Positions 22,915-36,383 are shown, numbered from the stretch's first letter. The stretch is 64,000 nucleotides of DNA from Basidiobolus meristosporus CBS 931.73 (GCA_002104905.1 MCFE01000003.1:1-64000); one strand, 5' to 3'. Program-made: numbers and translations. The notes: generated from the sequence alone by a model not told the origin.

Positions 22915-24088
22915 TTAGTTGCGATACGGTGGTGGACTCTGGGATCTTCTTGGGGGAGGAACGGGCTCACGATAGTTTGGACTGAAGTCGCGAGGTGGTG
23001 GGCTGCGATCTGGTTGAGATGGGCATCATGGTGTTAGTCACAGCATACCAGCCGAGTGAACAAAAAGGAGAACTAACATCCGTAGGATTCTTCGCCGTAT
23101 CCTGGTGGGCCTCCGCCACGTCTAGGGGGAGGAGGTCTGCGAGCATCTTTCTTATTGCGTCCAATATCCCTGTCGATACGATTTAAGCTGAGCTGATGCG
23201 AGTGGATGTGTTACTAAACGCTTCCTACCAATCCATTTTTAGCCGGCGGCCCTCCACTACGAAGTTGTGGTACTTGTCGAACGCATCTTCGGCATCACGA
23301 CGATCTTCAAACTCGACAAACGCAAAGCTACCCATTCGAGCAAATAGGTAAATCATATGGCATGTGGTTCTCTTGAGAAGATTGCAAAGAAACACTTACC
23401 CTTTGTTTCTGTTGGTGTATCGATCAATAGTAACTGTTACATTTCTAAGTCGTCCGAATCTTTCGAATAGATCAGCAACATCTCTCTCCCTAAAACTGTA
23501 TGGCAGGTTGCCAACATACAGAGTAGTAGAGGCAAGACGTTCCGACTCGGACCCTCTAGATAAGCAAGATAAGATCAGAATCTGATGGACCTTTGTTGTG
23601 GAGAGAAAGTGAACTACTCACCTGTCTACAGGCCCTCTAGGCCTTTTTGGTGGCCCTCCTCTTCTACTGCTGCTGTAATCTCTGTAACGTGGGGATGGGC
23701 TTCGACGGCCGCGAGGGGAATAATCACGTCTAGGAGAATACCCTCCGCGACCACGTCTGGGAGAATAATCTCTGCTACGGGGGGAGTAACCACGACGTCT
23801 AGGGGAATAATCTCTTCTTGGGGAATAGCCGCGTCCAGGAGAGTAAGAAGGACGTCTGTAAGGCGGTGGTGAAAAGCGATCTCTACCCCGAGAAGGAGAA
23901 CGACCTCTTGGAGGATAGCCACGATCCGGTGGCGAACCGGCCGTATAACCGCCGAGAGGCTCTGCGCTACCTACAGGTGGCATTCCAGAAGGATCCATAG
24001 GTGGGCCATTTGGCTCAGGCCTGGCCATATTCGGATGGCTCATAGTCGGAGGTGAATTTGGGTTGTTGTTGGGAAGAGTGCTATCCAT
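22915..24088 (-). CDS. SR-type RNA-binding protein: RS/YSPR-repeat N-terminus plus RRM (TRA2/SRSF-like), 5 exons
   Basis: YSPRR repeats; spliced RRM TLYVGNLPYSFRERDVADLFERFG...NKG/FAFVEFEDRRDAEDAF...EGRRLKMDWD. Confidence 0.9.
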
Positions 24089-24386
24089 TTCTGTAATATA
24101 AAAGTTTCCCAGTCTCTATTCTTCAACAGGCTTGCAAACTTTGGCTTGGCTCTTTATCAATGGGAGAAAAAAAGAAATCGGAAACACACTGGAAGAGCCA
24201 CCCAAGTTCAGATTAATGAAGATTCTTTTTATTCCCATTTGATTCGTGGAAATCGGCAAATGTTAAGATTCGAATACTGGACCAATGGCTAGGTTCAAAC
24301 GAAATCAAGCCCAAATGATTATCGAAAAGAGTGGGATCCACATGATGGGCAAAAACACTAGCCTACAACACTGATTTGAAAGCCCA

Positions 24387-25523
24387 ATGCAACTGTTAGG
24401 TATCGGTTCTAATGGATATGGCCAACTATCTCTTGGCCACTGCGACGATGCGCACACCGCTACTCGATGCCTGTTGTCCGAAGGGAAAGACAAGTTTGAG
24501 CCGCTAGACATAACATATGTCACTGGAGGTGGGAATCACACCGCCATAGTCACAAAGTCTGGAGATCTTTACCTGTGTGGACAAAACTCAGACGGACAGC
24601 TGGGATTACCTGTAGAGACTACCGAGGTGTCTGTATATAGGAAGTATCCTTCCAGTCATAAATGGAAAAGCGTTGCCTGCGGCTGGAACCATACATTGGG
24701 CCTCACAGCCGACGGGAGTGTATTTAGTTTCGGTAACAACGCCTTCTTACAGCTGGGTGTCCACAAAGATAAGTCAACTTCCCAGGTTGAGAAAGTTTTG
24801 GAGTTGCCCAAAATTAAACAAATCTCCTGTGGGTTACGCCATTCGTTGGCGTTGACAGAGGACGGGCAGGTATACGGTTGGGGAGCCAATAGGTATGGTC
24901 AAACTGGCCAGCCAAGCGAGAAAACTTCCGCTATCAAAAAAATAGAGGGACTGCGTGGGGTAACCAAGGTGGACTGTGGTCAGTATCACTCGGTCGTGCT
25001 GACAGAATCCTCACAGGTGTATGTTTTTGGATTGAATAAGCACGGCTTACTTGGTGTGGCTCCTCAGGAGCTCGGCACTTCGTTTGTACCAATAGAAGTA
25101 AAGTTTCCCACACTCCAAGATGCCGGGATTCCTATAGTCGACCTCTCGTCAGGTTGGAACCATATAACTGTACTGGATCAGCAAGGGAATCTTCATACCT
25201 GGGGCCGAAACGACCATTTCCAGCTGGGCATAGAAAATACGGATGAAAGCCAAGGTTGGCTACGCGCACCAGTAATTTTGACGTACCAACCAAAGCTCAT
25301 CCCGCTAGGGAAACGCGTTAGAGAGTTTCGCTGTGGTAGTGAACATTCCATTGCACTTTGCGAAGATGATGAATGTTTTACTTGGGGATGGAATGAGCAT
25401 GGCAACTGTGGCACTGGAGATTTGGCCAACGTATCAGTCCCAACCCGGTTGCTCCATGTGCGGCACATTAGACAGGTGGCTTGTGGATATGGCCAAACCT
25501 TCGTGATAGCAGAGCATGTTTAG
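24387..25523 (+). CDS. ATS1: RCC1-repeat beta-propeller, ATS1/KTI13/SERGEF-like
   Basis: N-terminal LLGIGSNGYGQLSLGHCDD and seven RCC1 repeats (CGWNH, CGLRH, CGQYH, SGWNH, CGSEH, WGWNEHGNCG, CGYGQT). Confidence 0.8.
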   Translation: MQLLGIGSNGYGQLSLGHCDDAHTATRCLLSEGKDKFEPLDITYVTGGGNHTAIVTKSGDLYLCGQNSDGQLGLPVETTEVSVYRKYPSSHKWKSVACGWNHTLGLTADGSVFSFGNNAFLQLGVHKDKSTSQVEKVLELPKIKQISCGLRHSLALTEDGQVYGWGANRYGQTGQPSEKTSAIKKIEGLRGVTKVDCGQYHSVVLTESSQVYVFGLNKHGLLGVAPQELGTSFVPIEVKFPTLQDAGIPIVDLSSGWNHITVLDQQGNLHTWGRNDHFQLGIENTDESQGWLRAPVILTYQPKLIPLGKRVREFRCGSEHSIALCEDDECFTWGWNEHGNCGTGDLANVSVPTRLLHVRHIRQVACGYGQTFVIAEHV

Positions 25524-25684
25524 CGGCACACAGAAAATTCATCCCGAGATTACGATCGAAAGCGGTTTATTTGATATTATGTGGTCATTTTACATGCAGT
25601 TACAAAGTAGGTCCGTAAATAAATGGGGTGATTGATGGTCAAGTTCGGGAGATTCATCTATGAAATGGCCGATGTATCAGGAGA

Positions 25685-26889
25685 TTAGAAAGTGTAGCTG
25701 TTTTCCTTCAAAGCGCCTTCAACTGCCTTCAATGTGGTATCCAAATGACCACGTTCAGGCTCGAGTACTGAAATGCTCATATGTCCCAAACGGAAATATT
25801 TGGGCGCAATCTCAACATGAAGACCGCCAGCAGCGACAACACCGTGAGCGGAGATCTTTGGCAAGAGATCGGTAGCAGCGATCCCTTCAGGATAGTAGAC
25901 GGCGGTCATGGTGTTGGCAGCAACATCACGACTGGTAGGAACCAACTTAAGACCCCAAGACTCCAAAGTGTCCTTGAATTTCTTGGAAGCCTCACGGTGA
26001 GCCTCAAAGACATTGTCCATACCACGGGCAGTGAGTTGCTTCAAAGCGACGTGGAGGGCCTTAACAAGCTGGACAGCGGGAGTGGCAAAGTATGCGGGCT
26101 TACGGGATTCGTAGGCGTTCATGATGGGCAACCAACGAGTCCAGCTGGCGTAGTAGTTGGGAACAGGGGTATTACGACCTTTGAATACTTCAATAGCCTG
26201 CTTGGAGGCAGCAAGGACAGCCAAGCCAGGTGGAACACCCAAAGCCTTTTGAGAGGCAGTAAGGGCAACATCAACACCCCACTCATCCATACGGAACTCC
26301 TCGGCACCAAGTGAGCAGACACCATCAACTGCAACCAAAGTGTTGGGAGACTTCTCTTTGACGAGTTTGGTGATCTCCTTCACTCTGTTCAACACACCTG
26401 TGGAGGTATCAACTTGAGTGATGGAAACAAGCTTGAAAGTCTTGGTTTCCAAAGCCTTGGCAACATCCTCCACAGCAGTAGCATTACCAATGGGGCATCT
26501 GACGTGGGTAACCTTGGCACCATAGGTTTCGAAGCTGTAAAAGTAATAACAAAGTTAGAAATCCAGTAAAGCAACCCGACAAGCACTATAGTTTAGCCGT
26601 ACCATTCACCAAAACGATCGCCGAAGTAACCAGTGTTGCAGACCAAAACCTCTTCACCAGCCTCGACCAAGTTGGCAGCGGTCATGTCCCAACCCAAAGT
26701 ACCGGAGCCACAGATAATGAAGGGCTGTCCAGAGGTAAGGAAAGCTTTACGCACCAACTCGATACACTCACCAAAGATGGGGACGAAGGTAGGATCAACG
26801 TGAGAGCAAGCGGGAGTAGCCATAGCTTCCAAGACATCCTCATGGAACTCAATTGGACCAGGGATCATACAAAGTTTGTGGCCAGACAT
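25685..26889 (-). CDS. AGX1: Alanine-glyoxylate aminotransferase (PLP class V), 1 intron
   Basis: MIPGPIEF, GSGTLGWD, TQVDTSTGV, VDGVCSLG, TASQKALGVPPG (PLP Lys), YFATP, FRLGHM. Confidence 0.95.
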
Positions 26890-27616
26890 CTTACAGTAGA
26901 AAAAAACGAGTAGGCAGTAAGTAGCGCTGAGAATCCTTGAGCGCCCCCGGGCGATATTTATTCATTTCCGAAGGCTGGTGCATGAACCGACTGGAATGTA
27001 GGGATTCGAAGCAAAACCCACGGCATTGCGCAAACTATGCGATCATCTTGATTCACCCGATTCCTCAGTGGCTCAATGCCAAATTAGTCCGAAAAGCCCT
27101 CGAATTCAAGTGAGATTATCACGCGCATCCAGATTATCCATCGTGGATCCATAGTGCGAACAGGGAGTTTATTGAGGGCACAGGGGCAAAAAAGGAGGTC
27201 TGGGGACCTCACAGCCCAACCATATTCTGTAACACGAGGTCAGAATCAATACTTCGCCTCCTTCTAGGCCAGTGAAATTGTTCCTCCTGATCCCTAATGT
27301 AGATTAACCTAGTTTAGTTATGAAATAATCCTTCCCGCCACATTTCTCTCCTATAAATCCCGAACTTACAACCTTTGCCAATTGAAGAAAATGAATATCA
27401 TCAGGCATTTTCTTGGACACTATATTGGGTTGATGATTCGGATGCTAATTCGGGCAGCGGGTAGAAGTTCAACACAACCGCCCTTTCCATGCTGAGGGTC
27501 ATTAGTTTAGGGTGATTAGTTTAAATTCATGGATAAAATCTTGCATGTTTATTGGAAATTCTATCTTACAAAAAGAAATGAAGTTATGAATACAGGCTGG
27601 GTAAATGATATAGGTA

Positions 27617-30600
27617 TTAGCATGTTTCTGGCACAGCCTCCGAATCATCCAATGCTACTTTCTGTTTCTTGGGGGACTTGTCGGCAGAGCTGGACACCCT
27701 TCTGCGCACTCTGCTTCGGGAGATTTTCGAATCTACCATGGACAGCAGCAAGTCCGAGTATTTCTGTAACAATAGATGAGTGAATTCAACTTTGGTTGGT
27801 TCCGTGCCTTCTGCCATTGAAATGACGGGGCTATCCTGCAGGGATTCGCTAGGAGTGGGAAGTCCTGGAGAAGAGACGTTGCTTGCCTCGTCCACTTCCG
27901 CCTCCGATTCCGACCCAACCTCCTCGTGTACAAGGTCGCTTAAGCGGGTCTGCAGCGACGTGAATCCTTTTTCAATGGCAACAACCAATCCATCTCTGTC
28001 CGGCTTGTCTAACTCGGATCGAAGTAGGCGCTCATGGGTTTCTATCTCTTTTTCCAAAGAATGTTGGAGTGCCAAAATATTGCGCAGTGTCCGCTCCTTG
28101 GAAGACATCGGAATTTGGGATGAAAGAGACTCGTCGGGAACAGCCATCTCTTTAATCAGTGATCGACGAATGATTGATGGACTGTCAGCAAACCTGACCG
28201 CTGGTGAATCCAGATCCATTCTGTCAACACTTTCAATTCCTAGACGAGAACGGAATGGCGAGAAAGCCTCGGACTCACTGGGGTTGCCCATTCTCCTGGC
28301 GGACAAAACTCCCATAACTCCCAAAGGTCGCCTGGCGGAGGTGGCGACTCGTGGGGTGTTTCTACGTCTATTGTTGACGCTGGTTGGCAGAGACTTCGGA
28401 CTAAATGGTGAATCCACGGAATTCGCTCTCTTGCGTCTAAATACAGCAGGTGATTGGTTTGGTGTTTCGTGGCCTGAAGGCTTCTTGTCAGTATCTAAGG
28501 AGACTGCGGTGAACTTGTGGACCAATTCTTTCTTCCCTGGGGTGTCTACGTCGTCACTGCCATCAGGCAAAGTTGACGCAGACAGGAATTTGGCACTGAT
28601 ACTTTTTCTCAGATCCTCTCGGGGCCCATCAGACGGGCTTCCTTCGGGGCTCTCATCGATATCGAAGTAATTGTACAGGTGAGCGGCGGGGGTTTTAAAT
28701 ATCTCGTCTTCCTCTGAGCCCGAAGCATGTTCTTCGGGTACAGCTTCCTCTTCGGAGTTCGATTGGGATTTCACCAGCTCCTTCGGATCTTGAACCTTGA
28801 CCTTAAAGGTTGCAGCAGGAGTAGTAGGGTCAATGGATTTACGATCCACATAAATGACACTATCCAGCGGTTCGTCGTCTGATGATTCATCCTGATCCTT
28901 CAAGGTTTGCGTCTTGACAACGCTTGGAGAACTACCGTTGAGCATGCTTCGGATTTGTGCGCCATCCTCATCATCATAATCCATGTAGGACTCCGGCTCG
29001 GGGGTGTAGCGTACATCGGGGATACCCATGCGAGCGAAAGGTCTGTTGGGAGAATCCTCCGAAAATAGCACTATCCCGCCGCCGGCAGCGCGCTGAGCCC
29101 ATTGACCTTTAAGGACAGCTGGGTTGATCAACTCGGAGCGTTTGACGGTGGGTAGCGATGAGCCCCCGACTGCCCAGAGAGGAAGATCGTTTTCAGTAGA
29201 GCTAAACCCTGGCTCAGGTGGTAATTCACCGGTCGGGTGGAAAGCAATATGTTCTTCGATATCCTGATCATCCTGAGGTGCTGAAGATGTCCAAGAAATC
29301 GTCTTGGGTGCATAGATCAATTTATGCTTGTTCAATACCATCTGACGGGTCCACGATGGGGCCAGTTTCCAGACGAAGATACACCCATCTCCCGATGTGG
29401 TGATCAGCTTGGAACAGTCGTGGGAGAACTTCAACGAGGTGATCTGCTCCGAGTGGCCTGAAAGCTTGGTGATCATCTCGGCGGATCTGATGTCATACAC
29501 ACGAATGCACTTATCTGAGCAACTGATTGCAACGTATGAGCCCGAGGGATCCATGGCAACTCGAATGAAGTTCGTGTCAGAGCCGTTCTCATCTAGGGAT
29601 TTGGGCCTGTGGGAGATTTCCTGCTTTCCGCTCTCTACCTCGAATACATGGAACCGCTTGTCCTGAGTGATCGGTGTAATGTAATTCTCGGTAGGATCAA
29701 TATCCATGTCATAGATAGATGCCTTCGCGCAGTGTTTCTTGTAGCTGACGAAGTAAGGAGTATCGAAGTGCTCCGAGGCTTTTCTGAAAATAATGCTTTG
29801 ATCGGTGGCTGAGCTGATGAGTACTTGACCGCCCATAGCGAATTTGGTGGAGGTGATGGCTGCCGAATGATCGTCCAATGTTTGGATCAGCTTCAATGAC
29901 TCGTTGATGTCGAACACATGGATCAATCGGTCTCGACCAGCGGTGGCCACCAAGAAGCTGTCCTGGTCGTAGGGTTTGGAAAAATCGATGGATAAAATAT
30001 CTCCGTTGTGAGCCTCTTGGAATCCGATCTGCTCCATGGTAGACAAGTCATGCAGACGAAGATTGCCCTCTCTGTCGCCCGAAGCGATGTATTTCCCATC
30101 TGGGCTAATCGACAGCGTCCTTATGCCACCTGGCTTACGGTTCTGGGCTTGGGCAGCAGATCCGTCGTTGGCACTGGAGCCATTCTTTTTCAGCAGCCCT
30201 TTATCGGTGGAAGTGTATATGATCTCTAGTAACTCCCTACTGTACGGATTTCTTTTGGCGGGGCCCTTAGCAGAGTTGGGAGAGCTGGCTCTATTCGGAG
30301 TGCTCGTTGCTTGAGAGGATTGGCCATCCAAGTTCCAGAACCGAATGGTTCCATCAGCTGAATAAGTGACGAAAGAGTTTAGAGGGATATCAATTGAAGA
30401 CTCTTCCATCACAGCAGAGTCGCCTAAGCTGGGGAACAACTCTACTCCCCACACACAGCCACTGTGGTACAAAGAGCTGCGATACTTTCCAATCTTGTCG
30501 AGACTCTTGATATCCCAGATATATATACTCCTGTCACTGTACACGACGGCCACCTTATCACCATCATGTGTAATACGAACGGCCACAGCATCGGGGAATA

Positions 30601-31740
30601 CGTCGGTCGAATTGGGCTCCTGAATGAATTCTTGGGTATTGATGTTCACACCCAACGGGTGTGGCTTAGGCAATGTACCGGCATAGTTCAGACTTTCGGG
30701 CTCGAACAATCTCACCACCCCATTCTCGCAGCCACAAACAATGTATTTGTCGTTGATATTAATGGAATAGGCCTTGCCAACCTGAAGGTCTATCCATTTC
30801 TCAACCACTCTTTTTTCACCAAATTGGCACAACAGGCCGGAGGTGGTAACAAAGTAGGTGTAGTTGACCCCATCGGCGGATTTCCGAGTGACTGCATCCA
30901 CGAAGGTATTGTTACTCAAGTCCCCAAGAATGCCAGGTCTACCGGTCATTATTTTGAGTTGGGAGTTCTTGCCACTATTCGGCTTGTCTTCGAAATACCA
31001 GTATTTGATGTGTCGTAATCCAGCTGTAACACAGTAACTACTATCGCTAGCGAAGCTAAGGGCGTGCACCTTGGAGCTGACTTTGTTTGAGGCGATTTTG
31101 GCTCCAGATTTCCAGTTCCATGCGTTTAGGAATCCGTCATGTTGGAATCCTACTGAAACGAGGATCTTCCCGTTTGGAGAGAAGGCAAGATTCAAAATGC
31201 CATACTTGTGACCCTTGAGTTCTGAGATGAGGGTGTCGTTACGCCAATCCCAGACCAACACTCTTGGTTGAAAGCCAGTCTCTCCAACAGCTAGGTGGCT
31301 TCCATCAGGGGAGAAGGTCAAGCACGAAATGGCCTTTGGGGAATTCATCAAGGCCATTTTGGACTGAGCTTGACCACCGGTGCTCTCCGAGGTTGAACTT
31401 TCTTGGGCGATGCTGACTGCGTCAGGGTCCACCTGAAGGAAGTGTAGTTGCTTGTTTTTTCTATAGTTGTACAATACGACGGCGCAGCCGGCTGCATAAG
31501 CAACAATATCTTGGGATGGATGCACTGCAAAGTTGCTGTTCTTAGTGGTAGTTAAACCCAAGACATGCTCGAGAACGGCCTGGATAGCGTTTGGGTTAGA
31601 GTAAGGTTCAGAATAACTAGGATTACAATGCGACTTACGCTGGGTGGTTTGGCGTCCTTTCTAGTGCGTTTGGTGGAGGTAGGTAAAGGGGGGCGGGAAG
31701 GAGTGCGCTTCTTTGGGAGGGGCTCGAAGAAATTGAACAT
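27617..31740 (-). CDS. WD40-repeat protein, MAPKBP1/WDR62-like, 1 intron near the 5' end
   Basis: Exon 1 starts at 31740, spliced to AVLEHVLGLTT. Then AYAAGCAVVLY, LAVGETGFQPRVLVWD, GLRHIKYW, HSGCVWGVE, HSEQITSLKFSHDCSKLITTSGDGCIFVWKL, a long disordered region and a C-terminal coiled coil. Confidence 0.85.
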
Positions 31741-32140
31741 TGTCGGATATTAGAGTACTTGGAAAGAGCGGAGGAATTGAAAGAGTGAATAGATATTAAC
31801 AACAAAGTGAACCGCCACTGTGAGAAGAATGTAACCGCTTCACGAAAGGGAACGTCCAAGCCAAATATAAAAACGTATTGATGTTAGTAAGCACAAGTAC
31901 ACTCATGACGGCGGTTGCGGCGTTCTCTTATATACCACCAGAAAATAAACAACCTTGAAGATTGGCCAATCAATATCCTCATCCTTAAAGACAAACAAAA
32001 CAACTATTTTTCATCGAGAAAAACAAACAGTTGTTGTTGTTTACGAAATAGCATTGAAGCTGACCATCCACAGGTAGCCAATGACGATTGATGATTTGAT
32101 GAAATGGCAAACCACTCGATATTCATGCTTTATTTATGAA

Positions 32141-33032
32141 TCACAGTAAATCACTTAGAATCTTTACCCAAACCCCAGACTTCTCACTCTTTGTCTGTTC
32201 TGATTGACTGCTAGAGGATTTATGACGAGTGGACGATCGTGAAAACGCTTGATGTATGGGTAAAGCCTTTGCTTTTTCGTGCGCATGCTCCCTTTCCCAC
32301 TTCAAATCCACTTCATAAGCATGTAGAGCGTCTTCAATCGAGTAGTCATTGGAGGCCATATAGTATTTGGCTTCGTTGGGATCAACACACTTGCTCACTA
32401 GCTGAAATCGCTTGACAGAGGCCTTTAGCTCTATAGAAGGGTTAGTTTGAACGTAAGGAGAAATGCTTTGCAGACTGTACCATCTTCCAGAGTTGGTTTT
32501 GATTCTGTTGGTCCGCAATATCCTGGGATCACAAGATAGCGACGGGCTATTACGTTGTTGTCATACAGTCGATTGGCTTTCTTCAAGTCCGAGACCTAGA
32601 TAAAAAACCAGCTAGTCAGGCCAGGTGGACATGAATACAATATACTGCCCTCTATACCTCAACCCCATATTTTAGGGCGATGCTATAAATATTTTCGTCT
32701 GGCCTTACGTAGTGTATACCATTGTCGACCAATTTCGACTTTTCTGTTGCCTCACCAAAATTCTCAAACCCAGTATACTGTGGGGGTATATCTTCATATG
32801 GTGGGGGATCGGGCAACGCTTTCTCTGGAGAGGGGATAAGATCTTGCTTGGGTGACTGTTCGCGCTCTTTACCACACACATTGCAATACTTTGAAAGCCC
32901 GTTGTTATTTTCTATACATTCTGAACATAATGTACACCGGCAATAGGAAGCGTGGTCCAGCTCCAATCCGACTCGAGAAGCTAAATCATCTTCGAATTCT
33001 TTGTTACAGAGAAGGCACTGTGACTCAATCAT
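32141..33032 (-). CDS. Intracellular LysM-domain protein with N-terminal Cys-rich (RING-like) region and C-terminal UBA-like helical bundle, 2 introns
   Basis: CLLC...HASYCRCTLCSEC...YCNVC; PPPY/PPQY; HYVRPDENIYSIALKYGVEVSDLKKANRLYDNNVIARRYLVIP (LysM); YYMASNDYSIEDALHAYEVDLKWERE. No signal peptide. Confidence 0.85.
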
Positions 33033-33630
33033 GAGGATATAAATATACTTTGTTACTGCGAAAAGTTCAGAGGTTTTATAAGGTTCTCAAGTGGCAAATT
33101 ATTTGAAGTCACAGGGTGCATAGCACTGCTCTCGATTCAAAGAATATGCTACGCTTCCATCCTTTCCAAATCGGGATACAGCATCAGTCACACAGCCAAG
33201 GAATGTTTGTGCCGATTTGCATCAGATGATACCAGAACTGGGACTGGATTACATGCAGGAACATTTGATTCGGGAATATCGAGTTGAAATGGGTGGATTA
33301 TCCACCAATGGAATTGCTCCCAAGTTTTCGCAAAAACCAACCACATTACGGCAGGTGATTGGTGAATCCTAGGACATCGACAATGCTAACAAACGTAACA
33401 ATAATGGCCCAGTTGAGGACCAAGTATAAACAATCTCCAGGTGAATCTCGGTGGAATCCAATATTCAAAAAGAATATCATGGAAACGATCCAGAGTCCTG
33501 CCAGTTTACGAAATTTCGGTGGTGATACTGTAACCCGAGTTCTTTATCTATCAGTAATTCTTCGGGGTTCCCTTTTTCTTTACGTTAACTTGTTCCCCTC
33601 TGGATTTTAACCAAGTTACTTACTTTGATG

Positions 33631-35155
33631 ATGGCCTCTACCCAGTCTCAAAAGAGAGTTAGCAAGCCCGATCAAGAAACCTATAGAAAGAGTCTCGATG
33701 ACATCGATGCTAGCATCGAAAAGTCAAGGCCAAATTGGTAAGTTGGGTTTTCTCTTCATCCACGTCGAAGATGAACCTTTCTAAACTTTTATTTGCCTAA
33801 TGTAGACTCTCATCAGAGAGAAGATTGGTGGCACCGATAACAAGGGTCCAGGTGGCGACAGACGTTCCCAATTGCTTGACAAACTGCAAGATATCCGTAC
33901 CAAGCAGGCTGAAATCAAAAAGTCCAAGCAATCTATTCGCGACCAGATGAATGCTCTTAACTCTGAGATCAAGAGAAAGGTAAGCTGCCATACAATCCAT
34001 TGGGAATGCACCCGTATTAAACCTCGTCTGCTCTAGGTTGGCGAGATGAGAGACTCCAAGGACAAATCTCCTTTCAAAACCTTGAAGGAAATCGAAACTC
34101 AAATTGAGTAAGTTGATTTTTAGCCACTACCCTCCGTTGACTCTAGTATATGTTAACGCTTTTTGTGCAGAACTTTGGAACACCAACTCGAAAGCGGTTC
34201 TCTCAAACTCATCGAAGAGAAGCGTGTGGTTAACGAGATCTCCAACTTGAAGAAGTCCAGAAAGAATGCCGAGTCATTCGAGGCTCAACAACAATCCATT
34301 GATGAGGACAAGAAGAAGATCGAGGATTTGAAGGTTCTTCTTGACGACCCCAAGAACAAGGCATTGAATGATGAGTACAACGCCATCCAAGCCGAGCTCG
34401 ACGAACTCAGCAAAGGACGTGAGTCTGAGCGCAACAAGAGAAACGAGCTTTTCAATGAGCGCAACAGACTCCAAAAGGAGCTTGACACCATTTACAACAG
34501 AAAGCGCGCCGTCCAGGATGCCTACAGACATGCCAACAATGAATACTACAAGTGGCAACAAGAGGACCGTACTCGTCGCCAAGAGCAATTCCGTGTCAAG
34601 AAACAACAAGAGATCGAGGAGCAAAAGGCCGCTGCTGCTGCTCAAGAAAGAGAGCTGGCTGAGATCCCTGCATTCCTCGAGGAGATCAACAACTGTGACA
34701 CTCTTCTCAACTTCCTTCAACAATACAGCTCCGACCAGTCTGCTCCTGAGAAGACCGATAATGTCGCCGCACTTGCCAACTTGAACATCCGTGAACCTGA
34801 TACTAGCAACAATGTCCCCGAAGGATTTGTGCTCAAGAAGAAATCCGATGATGACTACTTCGCCGGGGGTAAGGCATCCAAGAAAAATAAGAACAAGAAC
34901 AAGAACGAGGCCAAGGCTTCCACTTTCAAACTTCCCCTCAGTATTATGGAGCAACTCTGGGCATTGAAGTTGGATGTCCCCGTCTCTGCTGCCGATTGCG
35001 ACAAGACTATTGCTGCCATCAAGGAGAAGAAGAAGTGGTTCGAGGACAACCAAGAACGTGTCACTGCCCAAAACAAGGCCAAGGCCGAAGCCAAGATCGC
35101 TGCTTTAAATAAGAGTGAAGAGGCTGAGACCGAGGTTGCTGAGGCCGCCAACTAA
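33631..35155 (+). CDS. BFR1: Nuclear segregation protein Bfr1-like coiled-coil protein, 3 introns
   Basis: MASTQSQKRVSKPDQETYRKSLDDID; LESGSLKLIEEKRVVNEISNLKK; EIPAFLEEINNCDTLLNFL; DDYFAGGK; FKLPLSIMEQLWALKLDVP. Confidence 0.85.
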
Positions 35156-35423
35156 ACTCGTTTCAACACCTTGCAAGTGCTTCTCCCAAAAGCCACACTA
35201 ACCACCATCCAAAAACCCATCCCATTCCACTTCGAGCCAGTGTTAAACTAATAATAAAGCAAAGCTTAGACTGCATTTGGTTGGACTCGAATCGATTTTA
35301 CTCGTAAACGTGCTGACACGATCTATTACATCTTCGTAACCAGTATGATATCCACAAAGTATCTAAGTTGGGAAGCTAGACTGGGTGGTAAAAAGGGCAG
35401 TCAACTGAAATGCGTTCCAGTCT

Positions 35424-36383
35424 TCAAGCACTCTTGCACTGTGGCCCAGGGAGGTTAGTGTTCTCAGTTCCGCTAATATGTACACCATAGTTGGGGAGGA
35501 AGAGAGGGCGCCGCAAATCTAGATCCCCCGCGGCCAAGACAGCTTGCAAATCGGCAACCCTATCGGCAGCGGCCGGCCAAGTGTCGTCGGGGTAACAACA
35601 AAGAAGCTGACGCCTCGTTTTCAGGAATCTTGCGAGATATTCTTTTTCAGACAAATACTCGTTGCCGCCGGCCACGTTGATTATCTTGACCAGGTTAATA
35701 TCCGCCTCATTTTTCTGCCACCCGTGTTGGATGATGGTGTCGTAGAGGATCGCTTTCCCAAGGTTACTCTGAATGCCCAGCCTCTTGGCAAACTTCATGG
35801 CTGGTGTAAAGTACATCTCGTCGTTAATAAGATCCTGGACGCTGTTAAATTTGGAATCCTGGCAAGACGTATTTGTCCATACATGGTCGAAGTCCACTAT
35901 CTCACTGGTGGAGTCTCTTTTGGAGTCACAGTGAGCCAGCGAGTCTATCTTTTGCAGGGCTGGGATGTATTTCAATAGGGTTGAGTTTGGGCTCACCTCT
36001 TCGTACTTTTGGAGGACAGTCAGTGCATCACCTGTCCCAGTGGTAAAGCCTATTCTGCCACAGGTGAATCCTCGTCCGTCGTTTAGTTTTTCGCAAGCGG
36101 CATAACCAAAGATCGCGTTTCCATTCTCAAATACATTGGTGATAATCTCGGCGAATTTCTTTGCTCTGGGAGAGATTCTAGCTGGAGGCCACCCCTTAAG
36201 GTCATAAAACTCTCTGGTTGATTTCACTTCCGGGTTACAATCAGCCTTCTTGACTGTGAACTGAAATCTTGCACAGTTCTGGGCGGTTTTCTCGTACTCG
36301 TTAGTACAGAACGGTGCGTCCTTGGCGAGGTGCATACTCGGCCAAGCGACCAGTATCATGGTTAGTGATCTAAGCATTTGCAT
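35424..36383 (-). CDS. GH46 chitosanase, secreted, intronless (copy 1)
   Basis: TNVFENG (catalytic Glu), CEKLNDGRGFTCGRIGFTTGTGDAL (catalytic Asp and Thr), DEMYFTPAMKFAKRLG, YDTIIQHG, EYLARFLKTRR. First ATG is at 36383 (the track's 36437 is GTG); TATA at ~36443. Confidence 0.92.
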   Translation of the reverse strand: MQMLRSLTMILVAWPSMHLAKDAPFCTNEYEKTAQNCARFQFTVKKADCNPEVKSTREFYDLKGWPPARISPRAKKFAEIITNVFENGNAIFGYAACEKLNDGRGFTCGRIGFTTGTGDALTVLQKYEEVSPNSTLLKYIPALQKIDSLAHCDSKRDSTSEIVDFDHVWTNTSCQDSKFNSVQDLINDEMYFTPAMKFAKRLGIQSNLGKAILYDTIIQHGWQKNEADINLVKIINVAGGNEYLSEKEYLARFLKTRRQLLCCYPDDTWPAAADRVADLQAVLAAGDLDLRRPLFLPNYGVHISGTENTNLPGPQCKSA

